Source of the DNA: Paragordius varius | Lineage: Eukaryota > Animalia > Nematomorpha | Direction of reading: 5' to 3' | DNA length: 64,000 nt | NCBI GenBank assembly: GCA_964247055.1 | Contig: OZ176050.1 | Coordinates: forward strand, 2,356,001 to 2,420,000 | Shown here: positions 26,501-40,230 of the stretch, piece after piece | How the letters are laid out: each line of letters starts with the position of its first letter | Position numbering within the stretch: the first letter of the stretch is position 1 | The notes under the pieces: model-generated | Database searches by the model: none | Seen by the model: the letters and a program-made list of their open reading frames with translations, nothing else | Told to the model about the DNA's origin: nothing | Translations under genes and position numbers: made by a program

Positions 26501-28194
26501 TAAAAACTTTATAGTTTGTAAATTTTACAGCAAATTTAATTTTTGATGAACCTTTTGAAAAAAATTGTATTTATGTTCGCATTCTTAAATATTGAGATAC
26601 TTAATCATCTGTTTTTTTAAAAGATGCTAGTGTATAAAAATATTATAATAAATTTACAAAATTTTCAAATAAAAATATGTATGAAAATATATTTTAGCCT
26701 AGGCAATCTCTCTTTAAAAATATGATTCCTAGTATAAATTAAGTAAGATACTTTTTGCTTGTATTATTATATAATTGTCTTTACTAAGTTGAAGCTAAAT
26801 AAAATTTTGGACTATAACTCCAAAAATGTCCCATGACCTTTTTCGCATTTAAAAGCTTGTTGCGGTTTTAGCTATTTAAAAATACCAAGAACACTAAACA
26901 CTATATCTTTAATAAATCAAATGGTTTTGTTTTAAATTATTATCTTGGAAGTAAAATTAATTTTGTTATATTTGGAAGGGGGGTACATAATAAAGAGAAT
27001 AATACCTTATATATTAAATTATTCCATGGGCAAACCTTACAGATGTGGAAACTGATTTTAGATAAAATAAAAATTTTTAGGTACCTATGTTAATTAATGA
27101 CTATAAATGATGGAATTGAAAAATTTAAAACATTCAAATATTAAATTTTTAATTTGACATGCATCCCACCTAAATTAATTTTACCTATTCTTCCTTGTTG
27201 TAAAATGTAATTTTGAAATAAAGACTATGTAATCTATATAATAAGTCTACAACAAGTTCGTTTGCGTTTTTAAGTATTTGCACACAAAGTAAAAAATAAT
27301 TGATTCACACTCTAATTGCTTTGTTTTTTTCATGGCTAAAAACATTTTTATATAAAATTATTTATCTAAATAAAACCATATGTTTTATTCTTCATTGGTA
27401 AATTAAATATACCCTCCCTATTTCCAGTTCGCATAAAACGAAAACGATAGTTAAAATTGCTACTATAGGAAATAAATACTTGAGACTTTTATTTATTATG
27501 TTTTGTCTTTATAATAATTAATTGTTTTACTGTAATTCAAAAATATTTCCCAGATATATTAGCCAAAAAACGGGTAAATTCCACGACCAAAATTTTTATG
27601 TATTTACTTTTACCGATTGAAGCCATCAAACTAGCATATTTATGAGCAAGGCTAATTTTATTACATTCAATTATGATACAAAAATGGCGTATAAGGTGTA
27701 TTTTCTAAAATGGTTATAAATTAAAACAAATATTGTTTACAAAAATAATACAGGGACAGAAATCAGGATCATTAAAAACGTATTGACTAAAAAGGTTGTC
27801 GGTAAATATAATTATAAAATCTTCTTATACGAATTTATTGTTTAGATCAATTAATATAGATAACCATCCACATAATTAGGATACCAGTAAATTAATCAAA
27901 ATAGATAGGTATTTTTAAACTGCAATAGGACGAAATCAGAAAAATTTTAAAATTTATTTTAAAAACTAAAAATTGTTCTGCGGTTTTAATTTCTCCTTAC
28001 TATTTCAGAAATTTATGAATTTTCTTATTATTTAAGCTAGTTAATGATTAATTTTATTTAAAAAAAATTACTATTGTTGTTTTTACAAAAGGGGGCATAT
28101 GATTTATTACGAAGATTAACAATATGTATTTTTTGCTATAAGTCAATTTGTTACTTTAAAAATTCTATCTGTATAAAATAAATATATCATCATT

Positions 28195-28198
<4 letters not shown>

Positions 28199-28235
<37 letters not shown>

Positions 28236-28302
28236 GCGAAAATGTCAAAAAATTACAATAAAAAATTGGCTTTTTAAGGGGAACCTATATTTAATCAGAA
28301 AC

Positions 28303-28370
<68 letters not shown>
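28199..28370. repeat. Two (TA)n microsatellites separated by ~70 bp of unique sequence
   Basis: (TA)n at about 28199-28232 and 28304-28370. Confidence 0.9.
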
Positions 28371-28373
<3 letters not shown>

Positions 28374-29618
28374 TCAAATTATTTATAACTCTTATTGTGT
28401 AATAGCATCATATACATATTCTGTAATTTAAACCTTTTCCGCGATAAATCATTAGTTTGACAGTTTATATCATTGTGTAACATGTCCGTGTGTGACCTAA
28501 AATAAATAAATCCTCTTTCATAATAAAATTTTTGGCTTCTTAAATTTTGGTTTACAAATTTTGAAATTCGTTTTTTTTTTCAATTTTGTTATTGTCAAAT
28601 ATGATATGATGATTGTTTTAGAATGATAAATTTAACTAGATTTAAGTATTAAGCTTGTCTCTCTTTTAGACTTAAGCAATATAAAATGTAAGGACAACTT
28701 TATTATGACGCTAACTGTCAAAAATGTTTACTGGGAAAAAACATTAAAAATTTTATTCTACATATAATAGCTGGAAAAGCTATGGATGACAAAATATTTT
28801 GTTTGATATGTGAAATTGAAACAATGTCCATTATATGCAAATATAATTTAAGTAAGATTCCTATTATAAAGAGATTAGGTTTTATAAATAACGTTTTTAA
28901 AGTGATTTCAATGACAAACGTTATGAAATTAACGGCATTTTTGACCCAAAGCTTATTGTAAACAAAGTATCAAAATATTTATGTTTCATATATCTCTCAT
29001 CTTATAAATTGAAATTATTTTTAAAATGATTTGGAATTTTATTGGTAATCTTGCATTAATATTTTATATAGGATTCTTCTAAAGTTTTTGCGATAAATTT
29101 TTTCTTAGCACGAGACTAGTACAATGTCCAATAAAATTATTACAAATCTTGTTTCTTTCTAAAAGCTTTAATAATTTTATTTAATTAAATTTTGCAAGTG
29201 GACAACTGTATTATTGGTTTTATGGCTATTTTAATTGGTCAATAGAGAAAATTATAAACATACGTAGGATACAAGTTTAAATCTTTTTGTTTTCCAAGAT
29301 GAATAATGTGCATAATTTTTTTTGAAAATTTTTTTTAATAGTTTACATAAATATAAATTGAGACGAGCCTGTTTTTGTGCGGATTACCTTTAAAGATTTT
29401 TTGTTTAAATTATTTTTTATTAGTTAAAAACATTTTTATAACAAATTTTTGATATCAGGATTACTATCGTTATTTTAAATATTTTGTCGCGTGTAATGCG
29501 CAAACAAGAAACTACCTGTATTTTTAATTAAAACTCATATAAAATATTTACTGTGTGACTTATTTTTCGCATTAAGTATTAAACTTTTAACTTAACATGT
29601 GCTGAATAGATTCGATAC

Positions 29619-29795
29619 CAGGAGTGTCCAACGCAAATATCTTTGCGGTTGCTTTGATAATTTTTGGTTTTTTATTTATTTTCAATTTTGGATAAAATAT
29701 CATCGAAAATTTTTGATTGAATTTCAATTTTTTGATGATTTTAACATTTTTTAGAGCACTTTAGTATACCACAAAAAGCGCGTTGGACAGCCCGG
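29619..29795. mobile_element. hAT (Buster/Charlie-like) MITE; related left ends at 19054 and 22205
   Basis: CAGGAGTGTCCAAC ... GTTGGACAGCCCGG. The same CAG(G/T)GG..TCAACACAAAT..CTTYGCGG start occurs at 19054 and 22205. Confidence 0.6.
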
Positions 29796-30151
29796 TCCTA
29801 TTCCTAACAATATTTTGCTTCCAATCAACACCATTGTGACAAATAAAAATTAAAATTGACAACTGGCTAATAAATTATTTCCCCATAATGAATTCGCATT
29901 TTATATTTTATAGAAAAAGAAATTGACATATAGCTAAAAACGTTTTTTATTTAACCATCCACAATAAAGAATCAATCTTAATTAGGGATGTTGTAAATTT
30001 GCTAGATGTGTAATAATTTTTAGGCACAAACTCAAATTATTATTTTGTCCCATTTAAAAGCTAAACGATTAGACCAACGCCACATTGTTTTGATGATTTA
30101 GATTATGCTGGGAAGCAGTCATATAGATATATTTTTTACTGATAAAGATTA

Positions 30152-30339
30152 CAGTATTAGTAAGTATACATTAGAAAGTTATTAATTATTGCCAAAAGCA
30201 TATACAACAAAGGGCAGTATTATTGGCTTATAGTTATTACTATTATTTGCCAATAATATTTTTCTTTGACGCATTTTCTATTTGGCAATAATTAATAACT
30301 TTCTAGCAATATATATATATATATACTTAATTCATACTG
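30152..30339. mobile_element. 188-bp TA-flanked hairpin MITE
   Basis: TA|CAGTATTAG...AGAAAGTTATTAATTATTGCCAAA / TTTGGCAATAATTAATAACTTTCT...ATACTG|TA; a (TA)n expansion sits inside the right TIR. Confidence 0.7.
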
Positions 30340-30400
30340 TATATTACTCTGCTGTGTGCAAAAATTTTTTTAACAAAATATTTTTTTTTCATTAGATGGC

Positions 30401-31321
30401 TTATGGCCAGCGTATTCATTAGTCGTAAAAATTTTTATTTGTTAATGACCTAGTTTTTGAACTATTGGAAGAAAACCGAAATCAGGCAAAAAGTGAAAAT
30501 CAAGAATAATTGAGGATAATTAAAAAATTAATAATAAAACTTGATATATTATGGTTTATTATCATTTTAGGAGATATTTTCAATACATATATAGCCTAAA
30601 ATGCCGTTAGGGTTTTTATAAAATCTCAGTTTAAAAGATGGCGTTTTTCTTTTAACTCACTTAAAAGAGCAAAATTTTTTATGAAACTATATTAATTTAT
30701 TCTTCTCAATTTTTTACTAGCTAAACTTACTATTAAAATCTTAACATTCATATTTTATTCAGTAAAAAAACTTATATATCAAAATAAAACCAAAAAATAC
30801 TGTTTTTATTTTTTTCATTTTTTTGCTGGTTTGTGAGTGTTCAAATAATTTATACTGTTTTATCTTGGAATCTTACTGGGAATTATAGAGTATATAATTC
30901 ATGCAAAATAGGATTTACATGTAATGGAAAATCACCCAAAAATCAGTTCATATCCAATAAAATTATTAATTTGTGAAACAAACCTGAGGGATTTATACGG
31001 ATTGTTGGTTGATATTCCACTACTATAAATTATATACTTTATAATGCCAAAAAAAATTTGTATTTTAAATATGTTTAAAGAAAAACGCTTTTTGAACTGA
31101 GATTTTATACAAACCAACCCTAACTATATTATTTGGGGCTATTTATATATTAAAAAAATCTCCTAAAATGATAATAAACCATAATATCTCAACTTTTATT
31201 AATATTTCTTGAATAATAACCTTAATTTTCACTTTTTCCCCAATTTTGATTTTTTCTTAATATTTCAAAAACTAAGTCGTCAACAAATTATTTTTGCGAC
31301 AAATGAATTCGCTGTTCATAA
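30401..31321. mobile_element. ~920-bp element with ~250-bp imperfect terminal inverted repeats (superfamily unresolved)
   Basis: 30401-30655 aligns by eye with the reverse complement of 31075-31321 (e.g. TATTATGGTTTATTATCATTTTAGGAGAT / ATCTCCTAAAATGATAATAAACCATAATA). No clear target-site duplication. Confidence 0.7.
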
Positions 31322-33029
31322 GATAACTCATGAAATTAACCTTTTTTATTGAACACAGTTTTATATATTCATTTTGGCGTTTTAAAATCAATGATATGAA
31401 TTAGCTTAAAAGATAATCCATCTTATTTATAAAAGAATGGTTATATAAATCCAACTTTTTAAAATTTATGAAACTTAAAAGATTATATTTTGGTTTTTTT
31501 CGAACACGCAGAATAATCAAGTATTATATATTTTGCTGGGCACATAGTTTAGAGTTTAGACCACATTATCCAAATTCTAATTTTTTTTTAAATTTTATAT
31601 TTTATATATTAGATGTGCTATTTTATTATCAAATTACTTTTCATATATTTTAAACTAGATCATTTTTCATGATATATAATAAATAATTTGTGCTGTTTTG
31701 TCAAATCTAAATTATTCAATAAATAAAATAAATGGAATTCAAAAAAAACTAAAAATGATTAATTGGATGACGTCTAACTATTTATCCCTTGATATATCAT
31801 ACTATTATTAAAATAAAATGATAGATGTGAAATCTTTAAAAGCTAAGAAAATGATTTTATAGAATTTGGCATGCTTGTTATTTTGTAAAAACATATCATT
31901 CAATTTTTTAACTAACATAATAAATCATAATGATAATTCTGTAATAATGATAATGGCTCAACTGTATTTTAAAAAGATCCATCCATCCATTTATTTTAGA
32001 GGAACAAGATAATATATTTTCAACTTATACTTCCTTTTCAAAAAAAATATTATGTTTTTTTTTCTGTAAAAAATATATTAAGAATCCAGAAAAAAATCCC
32101 ATATGTAATAATTTTATCCTTCTTCCACGTATGATAATAATTGTTTATAATTAATTAATAGATATTCATCCGTCAAATGTTTTAAACTATTCTCTATTTA
32201 TAAAAGCTTTAGTTTTGTAAAAAAAATTATCATAAAATACACAACAAACTTACAATTATATATGTTTTATAATTTAAAATTTGAGATTGTTTATGCTAAC
32301 CGGAATAACGGTTATGTGAAAATACATGAAAATACAGTTGGTTTAAGAATTTTATTACTTTTATATAAATTAATTTAAGAAGAATTTAAATTTCATTCTA
32401 TAAAAAAATATTAATAAAATTGCTACTCAATGAGAACCACCTTAAACTTTGGATAAATATATTAAAATTAATAATTGTTCCTGTAATTTGGTATTAACAA
32501 GTCTACTTACACTCAAAATATGGCTTAAGTTAAGACACAAATAGAAAAAAATTGTTTCTGTATACTATAAATCAACTAACTCATTTTTTATAAATTTTAC
32601 CGTATTTTGCATTCCGTTCATATTTAAATTTATCTATGACCATCAGCGTAACTTATATTAGCGTGCTATATTTTTAAGTTCTAAGTAAGCTATTTGCAGA
32701 CTTTGTATTCATATATCTGTTTGTGATCGCATGTAAAAAACTAATTGAAAAAGTCAGAGATTATTCTTACTATTGACTAGATAACCTATAACTATCAAAC
32801 TGTATAGTGTTTAAGCCTTTCCAAAACGCTAAAATTTTTCTTATACCCCTTGTTAGGATTGCTATGTTATGAAACTGTGATAGTCTAAAATAATCAGTCG
32901 AAATCCTGAATGTACATAGTTTTCTACAAATTTCGCTCATCTCTCACGTATATAAATACCGGCCCAGAAAAACTGTTTGACCTTTGCGTAATACCTCAGG
33001 GCAATTAACACTTCGAAATTAACCAAGTC

Positions 33030-33952
33030 CCGATCTGCGAGGGTATGCCCTATTGGCAGACAGCGCCATGTCAGGACTGTTTAGTGGCGAAAATTCCTAT
33101 CAGAGTGATTTTAAGGTGGCTTTCACTGATTTTGCTATGGGAGACGAATTATGTAGCAAAATTGTTTTTTCCTATTTTCTGGTTCATTCCGGTTGTTTAC
33201 ATAATTTTTGTTATCGATGTGTTATGAGTTTAAAATTTCACGGAATTTAAAAAAGGTATAATCCACAATATCGCTGTGGTTCCTCCGACACTCATGATTT
33301 TCTATCCGATGCAATTTAGCCTTATTATGGATGCACTGGGTATGATATAAACCACGATTCATCCTCTTAGGATCTACAAAATAAGGCCAATACTTATCAT
33401 CTATCTAAATTCGATGTAAAAATGTCTTCTTTGTCGTTGAAGCAGTATTTTTCTAGTCACTTTGCGATTTTCGCTTTGGACATTCGAATTTGGAATCATA
33501 GTTTGTTGGTCATTCCCATCGCTCGCATACATCTATTGAATAGTTTTATGATACCTACAATGCTTCTGCCAATTGTAGGTAGGAGTTGGGTTATCATCCA
33601 ATAACTCATGATAGCGTTTTCGCAGATGCGTGGCCTACAAGATTGCCCACACTCTTTTACATGCAATCACAATAATAAATATTTCGAAACCATATTTGAA
33701 ATTTATAGATAGAACATGTTCATCATATGTTTCTGCAGTTAAACGTTTAACATGCTGCAAACGTTTCTTTTTGGGAATAAAATTTGAATTGATTACTGAA
33801 GATAAAAATAAGTCGCTAGTTTTTGAAGTCAACTTGTGTGTGTTTATCGTTAAATGTAAGATGAATAAAATAGGATATGTATCAAATTTATCGTCTGCGT
33901 ACTTTTTTCTGACGTCTTTTCTCTTAGTTAATTTAATAACTATCGCCTGGTA
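33030..33952 (-). pseudogene. Decayed Mos1-like mariner transposase, 3'-truncated
   Basis: Minus-strand translation with frameshifts gives SNFIPKKKRLQHV, ENRKVTRKILLQR, FLHRI, YFVDPKR and KSVKATLKSL**EFSPLNSPDMAL (cf. YSPDLAP). The 5' end TA|CCAGGCG is at 33952. Confidence 0.8.
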
Positions 33953-36855
33953 AATTTATTAGTAATAATATATTAATTGACATTTAAATGTAGGAAACTA
34001 TTATAATCAATCTTAACGGTTGACATGATTTCGTTTGGTTAAAAATGGCTTCTAGGCATGAATGGCTGTGTTCATAAGCGATCAGGCTTGTATTACTTTT
34101 GAACCGGTCAAAAACCTAACTTTATTAGTGTACTGTTACCAATTTACATCAAAACAATTGAGTTAATTTTTAATATTAATTCAAGAAAATATCCAGTTTT
34201 CTTATAAACCATAAGTTATAATTCAATAAAACATATCAGAACCATAGCTTTTTTTAAACTAGGAGAAACCAGACCTAAATCAAATTATATAAAGAGAGGG
34301 GTGGGAGTCTACACTAATAAGTTTGAACCATCGCAGTTTTTTTCTTTCTGGTAATTTGTACAACACCAAACGTAATTTTAAATGTTAAAAATAATTAACT
34401 ATGACATGTATAAAATTGTATTTAATGATGTCTCCGTTCTTCTATTTAAAGAAAAGGACTGTGTGTGTGACAATCCTTTTTTATTATGTTAAGCTGGCCG
34501 TCATTGTTCTTATATGAAATATTTTTATGGACCAAATTTTTTTGGTACAATTTATGTCACATACATAAATACATGGATAGATTTGAAACAAAAATATTTC
34601 AACAACCAACTTACTTGACATTTTGCATTAAATACATACTATACTCTGTTATATCTCATTATTTATAATAATATGACTATTATAATAATATTTTATTTTA
34701 ATAAGGAGGATGTGATGATATTAATAAGATAAATTACATGAACACACAAGTTTTATTCTCCATAAATGATGTTTAAAAAAATAATTTTTTTTCAAAATCT
34801 AAAATAAAATAAATGATGAATGGACGTTAGATGGCTTGCTCTTTTTTTGTAGAATAAATGACTTTACTTGTTATTATATATATGAACTCTGTAATATTTA
34901 AACTTACTTAACAATATTGAGTGTGGAATAATTTTGTCAGCTCCTCTTAATATTATAACCTCTTAGTAGATATTTTATAAGGCTGGTTGAGTACTTTAGG
35001 TTTAATGGCTGGTCAGATAATTTTTAAAAAATTTTTCTCGTGTGTAAAGCATTAAACTATATAATGCATACAATTTAATAGTTTATGGCTTTTTTTCGTT
35101 TTTAATATTTGTCAAGTCTGCATTTTCCAGTTTTCGTATTTAATTCAAACTAAATGATTTATATTGCGACATTCCGTGATGACAGCAGCACATATAGCTT
35201 TTTGCATCTTGTGAATTATGCTATTTATATATATATATATATATACTATGCCTGTACCTGTTTATTAACTTTTGGGGTAGTTTAAACTCAGAGAACGATT
35301 TCAAATTTAATTGTCATATGTATTGGGAATTACAAATATCACATTCATTAATATATTTTAAAAATGTAATTTGTATAAAAACAAAATCTCAATACTTTTA
35401 TCTGGAATTTTGCTAATCACTAAAAATATTGGGTATTAAAAATATGGTAAAAATTCAAATTTTATAAACCCAAGTGTATTTTTGGTTGAAAAGTTGTTAT
35501 TCCCACTGATAAGATACAAATAAACGATATGTCATTTCTTTTCGTGGATGTTTAACCAGGATATACGGTTGCCAAATATTATTGTTTGTCGTCATTAAAA
35601 TGTGATTTACGAATTTGACACTTTGTGCTTTGAGATACCAAAAAACAAAAATTAAACGTTTATTTCATCATAAACGCAGCTTTTTTGGCACATTAAGTGC
35701 CTTATTTTAGTATAAATTATAATTATTTTGATAAAATTTATAATACAACACGACAACCAAATCAAAATAACCAACCAACCAGCCAACATATTAGGGAAAC
35801 ACCGTGTGACAAATATACCATTAAGCTAAATTTTCAGCTAAAGTTATTGGTTGTCAATGTATGCGATGGCCAAATTTAAAAAAAAATGTTCTGTGAATGA
35901 AAAAAAAGTTAAAAAGTTTCTTTATTTTTTCAATAATAAACATTTAAATATATAATTTATATGTATCAATATAATATCCAAAAAATATATCTATCTCTCT
36001 CGTGTGTTGCGTTATGATTTATGATTGTTTTCACATTTTTAAAGTTGTTTTGACCATCTATCTATCTATCTATTAATCAGTAAGTCATTCAATTATTTTT
36101 ATCTATTTTTTTCGTATTGACTAAAAATCTAAATTAAAAAGTTTAAGCGTATAATCTGTCATAAATTAGAAATGTTTTGGACCTCAACTCAGCTCAATTC
36201 ATTTTTGCTTCATATTTTGTTTTTGCAAAAATCAAACTTTTTTGAAATAAAAAAAATGTATAAATAATTTCATTGTTTTTGGTAATTATGGTGTATGATG
36301 ATGAGATTATATTTTCCCATAAATTATTTTGCCAAAAGATACTTTTATAAAATATGTGTTTTTGTCCGTCCGCCAATCGCCATTTTCGCCTTTTATGAAA
36401 TGCAAAATTTTTTATGGCTTTATAGCGGCAGAATAGTTATAACTAACGACCATATTATTGCATATTTTTTTTAACCATAAAAAAATATTTTGAGAAAAAA
36501 TATAATTTATTTTATTTTACACAATAATTTAGCTGGCTATATAAGTTTGAAATTTGATACCAAGATAAAAATAAAATAAAATGAAAGTTATATCTATATG
36601 ATTTATTTTCTTGCAAATATATTTTTCTATCTCTCATGATAATGAAATCCAAGGTAGAAATATCTATTACATTAATATTTCATTTCTTAAACTTTTCTAA
36701 ATCTCAAATTATCACTTCCCCGTTATAATTCATATTCATTTATTAAAATTTATTCTTCTGGATAGAAATGGTTTGTTTTTATATATACAGCTATTTTTTG
36801 ATTTTATTATGATATATTCTATATCTAGGATGATGTAATAAATTCAAATAATTCC

Positions 36856-38664
36856 ATGATGATAGAAAGTAGCCCTCTATCTCAACTAGTAAATGTATGC
36901 AACAACTTTAATCAACAATTCAATATAGTCGAACAAAATAAACGGAAAAAAACGCTCGCTAATATACTTGATGAGGGTGGAATTGAAAATATGCATTCTA
37001 TTACAATGTCATCAGTATACTCAACCGGTGGAGACCTAAACCAATCACCGCCCAAAAAAGTGTGTTTTCAAAGTGGAAATATTCTGACAACTGCTAATAA
37101 TTCTTTAAATTCAAGAATCAGATTAAAGGATAAAAGCACATCCGGTGGATCAAATAAAAGCACCTCTACCATTTTACATCACACAAATTATCATAATAGT
37201 AATAATCAAAATAACATAAAAAACCAAAGCAATGATAGGGCTACTGCAAAGGAAAGATTTGGTATTGGTTTTACGACTGAAGCTTTTGGTAACAATGATA
37301 AACCACACAAGATGAAAAATTTGAAACCGACTAACGATATGTTTGATAAATCAATGTTTAACGGGGTTGATATGGGAGAATTTTGGAAGCGATTTCAGAT
37401 GACATCTACTTTTAACTACTGGGCACCTCCCATGTTTTTAAATCATAGTAATAATGGTTTATCATTTTCGCAACAACATGTCTCCAACAGCACCAATTGT
37501 AAAGATTTAAGCTCCAATAAATGTCCATGCGTCTTTTGTAATCAAAACCTTGAGTTAGAAAAATTCTTACCATCCTACAATGTAGCACATCCATTTTCGT
37601 CAACGATTTGTGATAACAAGATTTTAGATATGAATTTTATGAATAATTACAATTTTATGTCTCCAAATTATCCATCACTCGCCGCACCTCCACACCAAGC
37701 TAATTCGTTTCAAATGTTTTATCAACAAATGTTTCAAAATCATCTTCTTACTCAATACTGGATCCTATTTGGTTTATTGAATTCACCCAACAACAGTCAA
37801 AATATTAAGGGTTCAAATTTTATAAATCCACTCTCATTTAATAATAATAATAATGTAATAAACAATATTGTTGCTAGTCAAACCTCTTCCCAAGGACTAA
37901 TTTGCTCAAATGACAAAAAAGTTTCCCCCGAATCAATATCGCCGCTAAAACCTATAAAATTAGTCGATGATACTAATCATGCCAAAAGGAATTATTGCAA
38001 AATTTCAAATTTCACTCCACAACATCATAATTTTAACTTTTTGAGTAAAAATTATAAATATTCAAACAATTCGCAAAACGTTTCCGGGAAAAGTACAGGT
38101 ATAAATAACTACAGTCTAAAAAAGAGAAATAAAAGTTCCCCCATTTATTGTCAATCTAATATGATGCAAACTGAATATCCAGATCGAAGTACCCAAAATA
38201 TTGAAACAGCACATTTTAACTTGTATAATCGGAGAAATACAGAAACACCCACATTAACTTATGGTTTAAACCCACAAATTAATAAAACAAATTTTAACAT
38301 GAGTAAGGATAATAAAAATTTTAGCAACAATATATCCTCTTATTCAAGACAAAATTTAAAAGATAACTACCCCATTTCATTCCCTTTGTTTCCACCATCC
38401 AGGCAGAATAATTTAACAGATCCCAATATAAACCATAGATTGTTTTTAGAGGCGGCTTATAAAACGTATTTCCTGAATACGTTGTGTGGGCCGTCCGGTC
38501 AGACATATGAAAACCTAACCAATCCATTGTTTAACTCAACAAATTTATCATTTTCGATGCCTAATAAAGATTTAGAATTTTTGCATCCGCCTTTGGGTAA
38601 ACTTTTCCCATTCATTACCAATGGCAGTGGTGAATTTAATTTTCCACATCAACAAAGTATATAA
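36856..38664 (+). CDS. 602-aa Asn/Ser/Gln-rich, probably disordered protein of unknown function (single long coding exon; may be a terminal exon)
   Basis: A 1.8-kb stop-free frame in DNA where other frames close quickly. An in-frame splice acceptor (tctag|gat, exon start 36829) lies 27 nt upstream of the ATG, and AATAAA at 38765 lies ~100 nt after the stop. No domain recognised. Confidence 0.75.
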   Translation: MMIESSPLSQLVNVCNNFNQQFNIVEQNKRKKTLANILDEGGIENMHSITMSSVYSTGGDLNQSPPKKVCFQSGNILTTANNSLNSRIRLKDKSTSGGSNKSTSTILHHTNYHNSNNQNNIKNQSNDRATAKERFGIGFTTEAFGNNDKPHKMKNLKPTNDMFDKSMFNGVDMGEFWKRFQMTSTFNYWAPPMFLNHSNNGLSFSQQHVSNSTNCKDLSSNKCPCVFCNQNLELEKFLPSYNVAHPFSSTICDNKILDMNFMNNYNFMSPNYPSLAAPPHQANSFQMFYQQMFQNHLLTQYWILFGLLNSPNNSQNIKGSNFINPLSFNNNNNVINNIVASQTSSQGLICSNDKKVSPESISPLKPIKLVDDTNHAKRNYCKISNFTPQHHNFNFLSKNYKYSNNSQNVSGKSTGINNYSLKKRNKSSPIYCQSNMMQTEYPDRSTQNIETAHFNLYNRRNTETPTLTYGLNPQINKTNFNMSKDNKNFSNNISSYSRQNLKDNYPISFPLFPPSRQNNLTDPNINHRLFLEAAYKTYFLNTLCGPSGQTYENLTNPLFNSTNLSFSMPNKDLEFLHPPLGKLFPFITNGSGEFNFPHQQSI

Positions 38665-39699
38665 ATAATAGTAAAATGTATTTTATGATATGATCAATTA
38701 TCTGTTTATTCATGCATATTGTTTCATTAACAGTTAAATTTATGTGATTTGTTATAATAATTTTAATAAACAAACCAACTTTCTTGGATACGTTCTTTTA
38801 ACCAAATACACTATCAAAAAAGGTGCAGTAACTAAAAACAAGCCTGAAAATTGTCAAAATCTTTTTAAAATAAAACAACTTATGTCATAACCAATCTGTG
38901 TCTTAAAAATTAATTAGATTGGTTATTAGCGCCTAAAATTTGGAACCGAATCTTGAAATGTTATAACTCTAAAAAAGTTTAGTACCAGAAGAGCCGCCTC
39001 AAATTTGGAAACGAACTAAACAGTTTCATAATATTGATGCAATTAATGCATTTATAATTATTTTTATAATAAATTATAAATCCAAAAAATACTTATTTAT
39101 AAGTATGATTGGAATTAATGTGCGTTTTCATAATAATGTTACATAATCGGATTTGAAATCAATGATTTTAGAACTTTCAGGGTTTTAAATTGGGTCCTAT
39201 TATAGAGTTTCTCTAGTCCAACATTAAATAGACCAGAAGAGTTTGAGGCCGCTTTTTAGTTCCCTCTCAAATGTTTATTTAGTGCACATGTTAATATAGA
39301 ATTATATAAATTTTACCGGATGCATTTTTATTGGATATGTGGTGGCTTTATTAAAATTAACAAGGTGTATCCATTGTCAATGATTAGATTATTTTTATTG
39401 CAACTAATGCTCAGCCGCATAATGGTATAAAATATCAATTAATTATAAAAATAGTTTAAATACATTACTGTGCTTATTTAATTCTATTCTGATTCTATGA
39501 TATATGGCATCCATTTCAAATTAATTTAAAGAAATGGCTTTTAATTTAAGATATTACCAGCAAAAACATCAAATAGTAAATCCTTTGTGCAGGAAGATAA
39601 AAAAGTCGGATTTGAAATGACAAATATAAAAAATTAAACGGTAATGTTTCAATTTAGCAATATTTAACTGAGGTAAATTTGAAAACGGTTTTGGAACCG

Positions 39700-40230
39700 T
39701 TAAAATATAATATATTATCTTTATAACTGTTGCAGCTCTTTTGGTCTTACTTTCGATTCATAAAGATGGCTTAACTTTAATTATTGATAATAAATTTTAG
39801 AGTTGTTTTAATTTAATAGGGCACCATTTCTTTCCTTCCCCTACAACCGTTTGCCTCATTGATGCGAAGAGGTAATGGTTAGAGATGACGGAAAAAATTT
39901 CTTATCGGGGCGATTTTAAGGTGTCTTTTTTGGTTTTGCTGTGGGAGGCGGAACAGTGTCATTTGTTATCTCTTCAGACCTTCCGGTCGTTTTCAATTAG
40001 CGTAATTGTTGGCAATAAAGATGACTATCAACGGTTCGGCTTTCGGCGGGCTTCAAAAGTTTATAATACACAAAACCGCTCTGATCTTACAGACAGAGAG
40101 AATGATCTTGCTAAGTGTTGATTGATCGGCTTGGCAAGATAAAAAAAAGTGTTTTTTCCACTTTGAATTTACAAAATAAAGCCATTTCTTCCGTCGATCG
40201 GTGCAAAAATAATTTCTCCTGTATCATAAT
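39700..40230 (-). pseudogene. Decayed mariner transposase fragment (catalytic-domain part)
   Basis: DNA blocks shared with 53.0-53.3 kb (AAAAGTT.ATAATACACAAAACCGCTCTG, TTGGCAAGAT). Minus translation gives HYLFASMRQT (cf. Mos1 YHLFASMGHA). Confidence 0.7.

Noticed and set aside
28234-28431. 65-aa ORF with YIYIYI repeats
   Set aside because: It is the translation of a (TA)n microsatellite.
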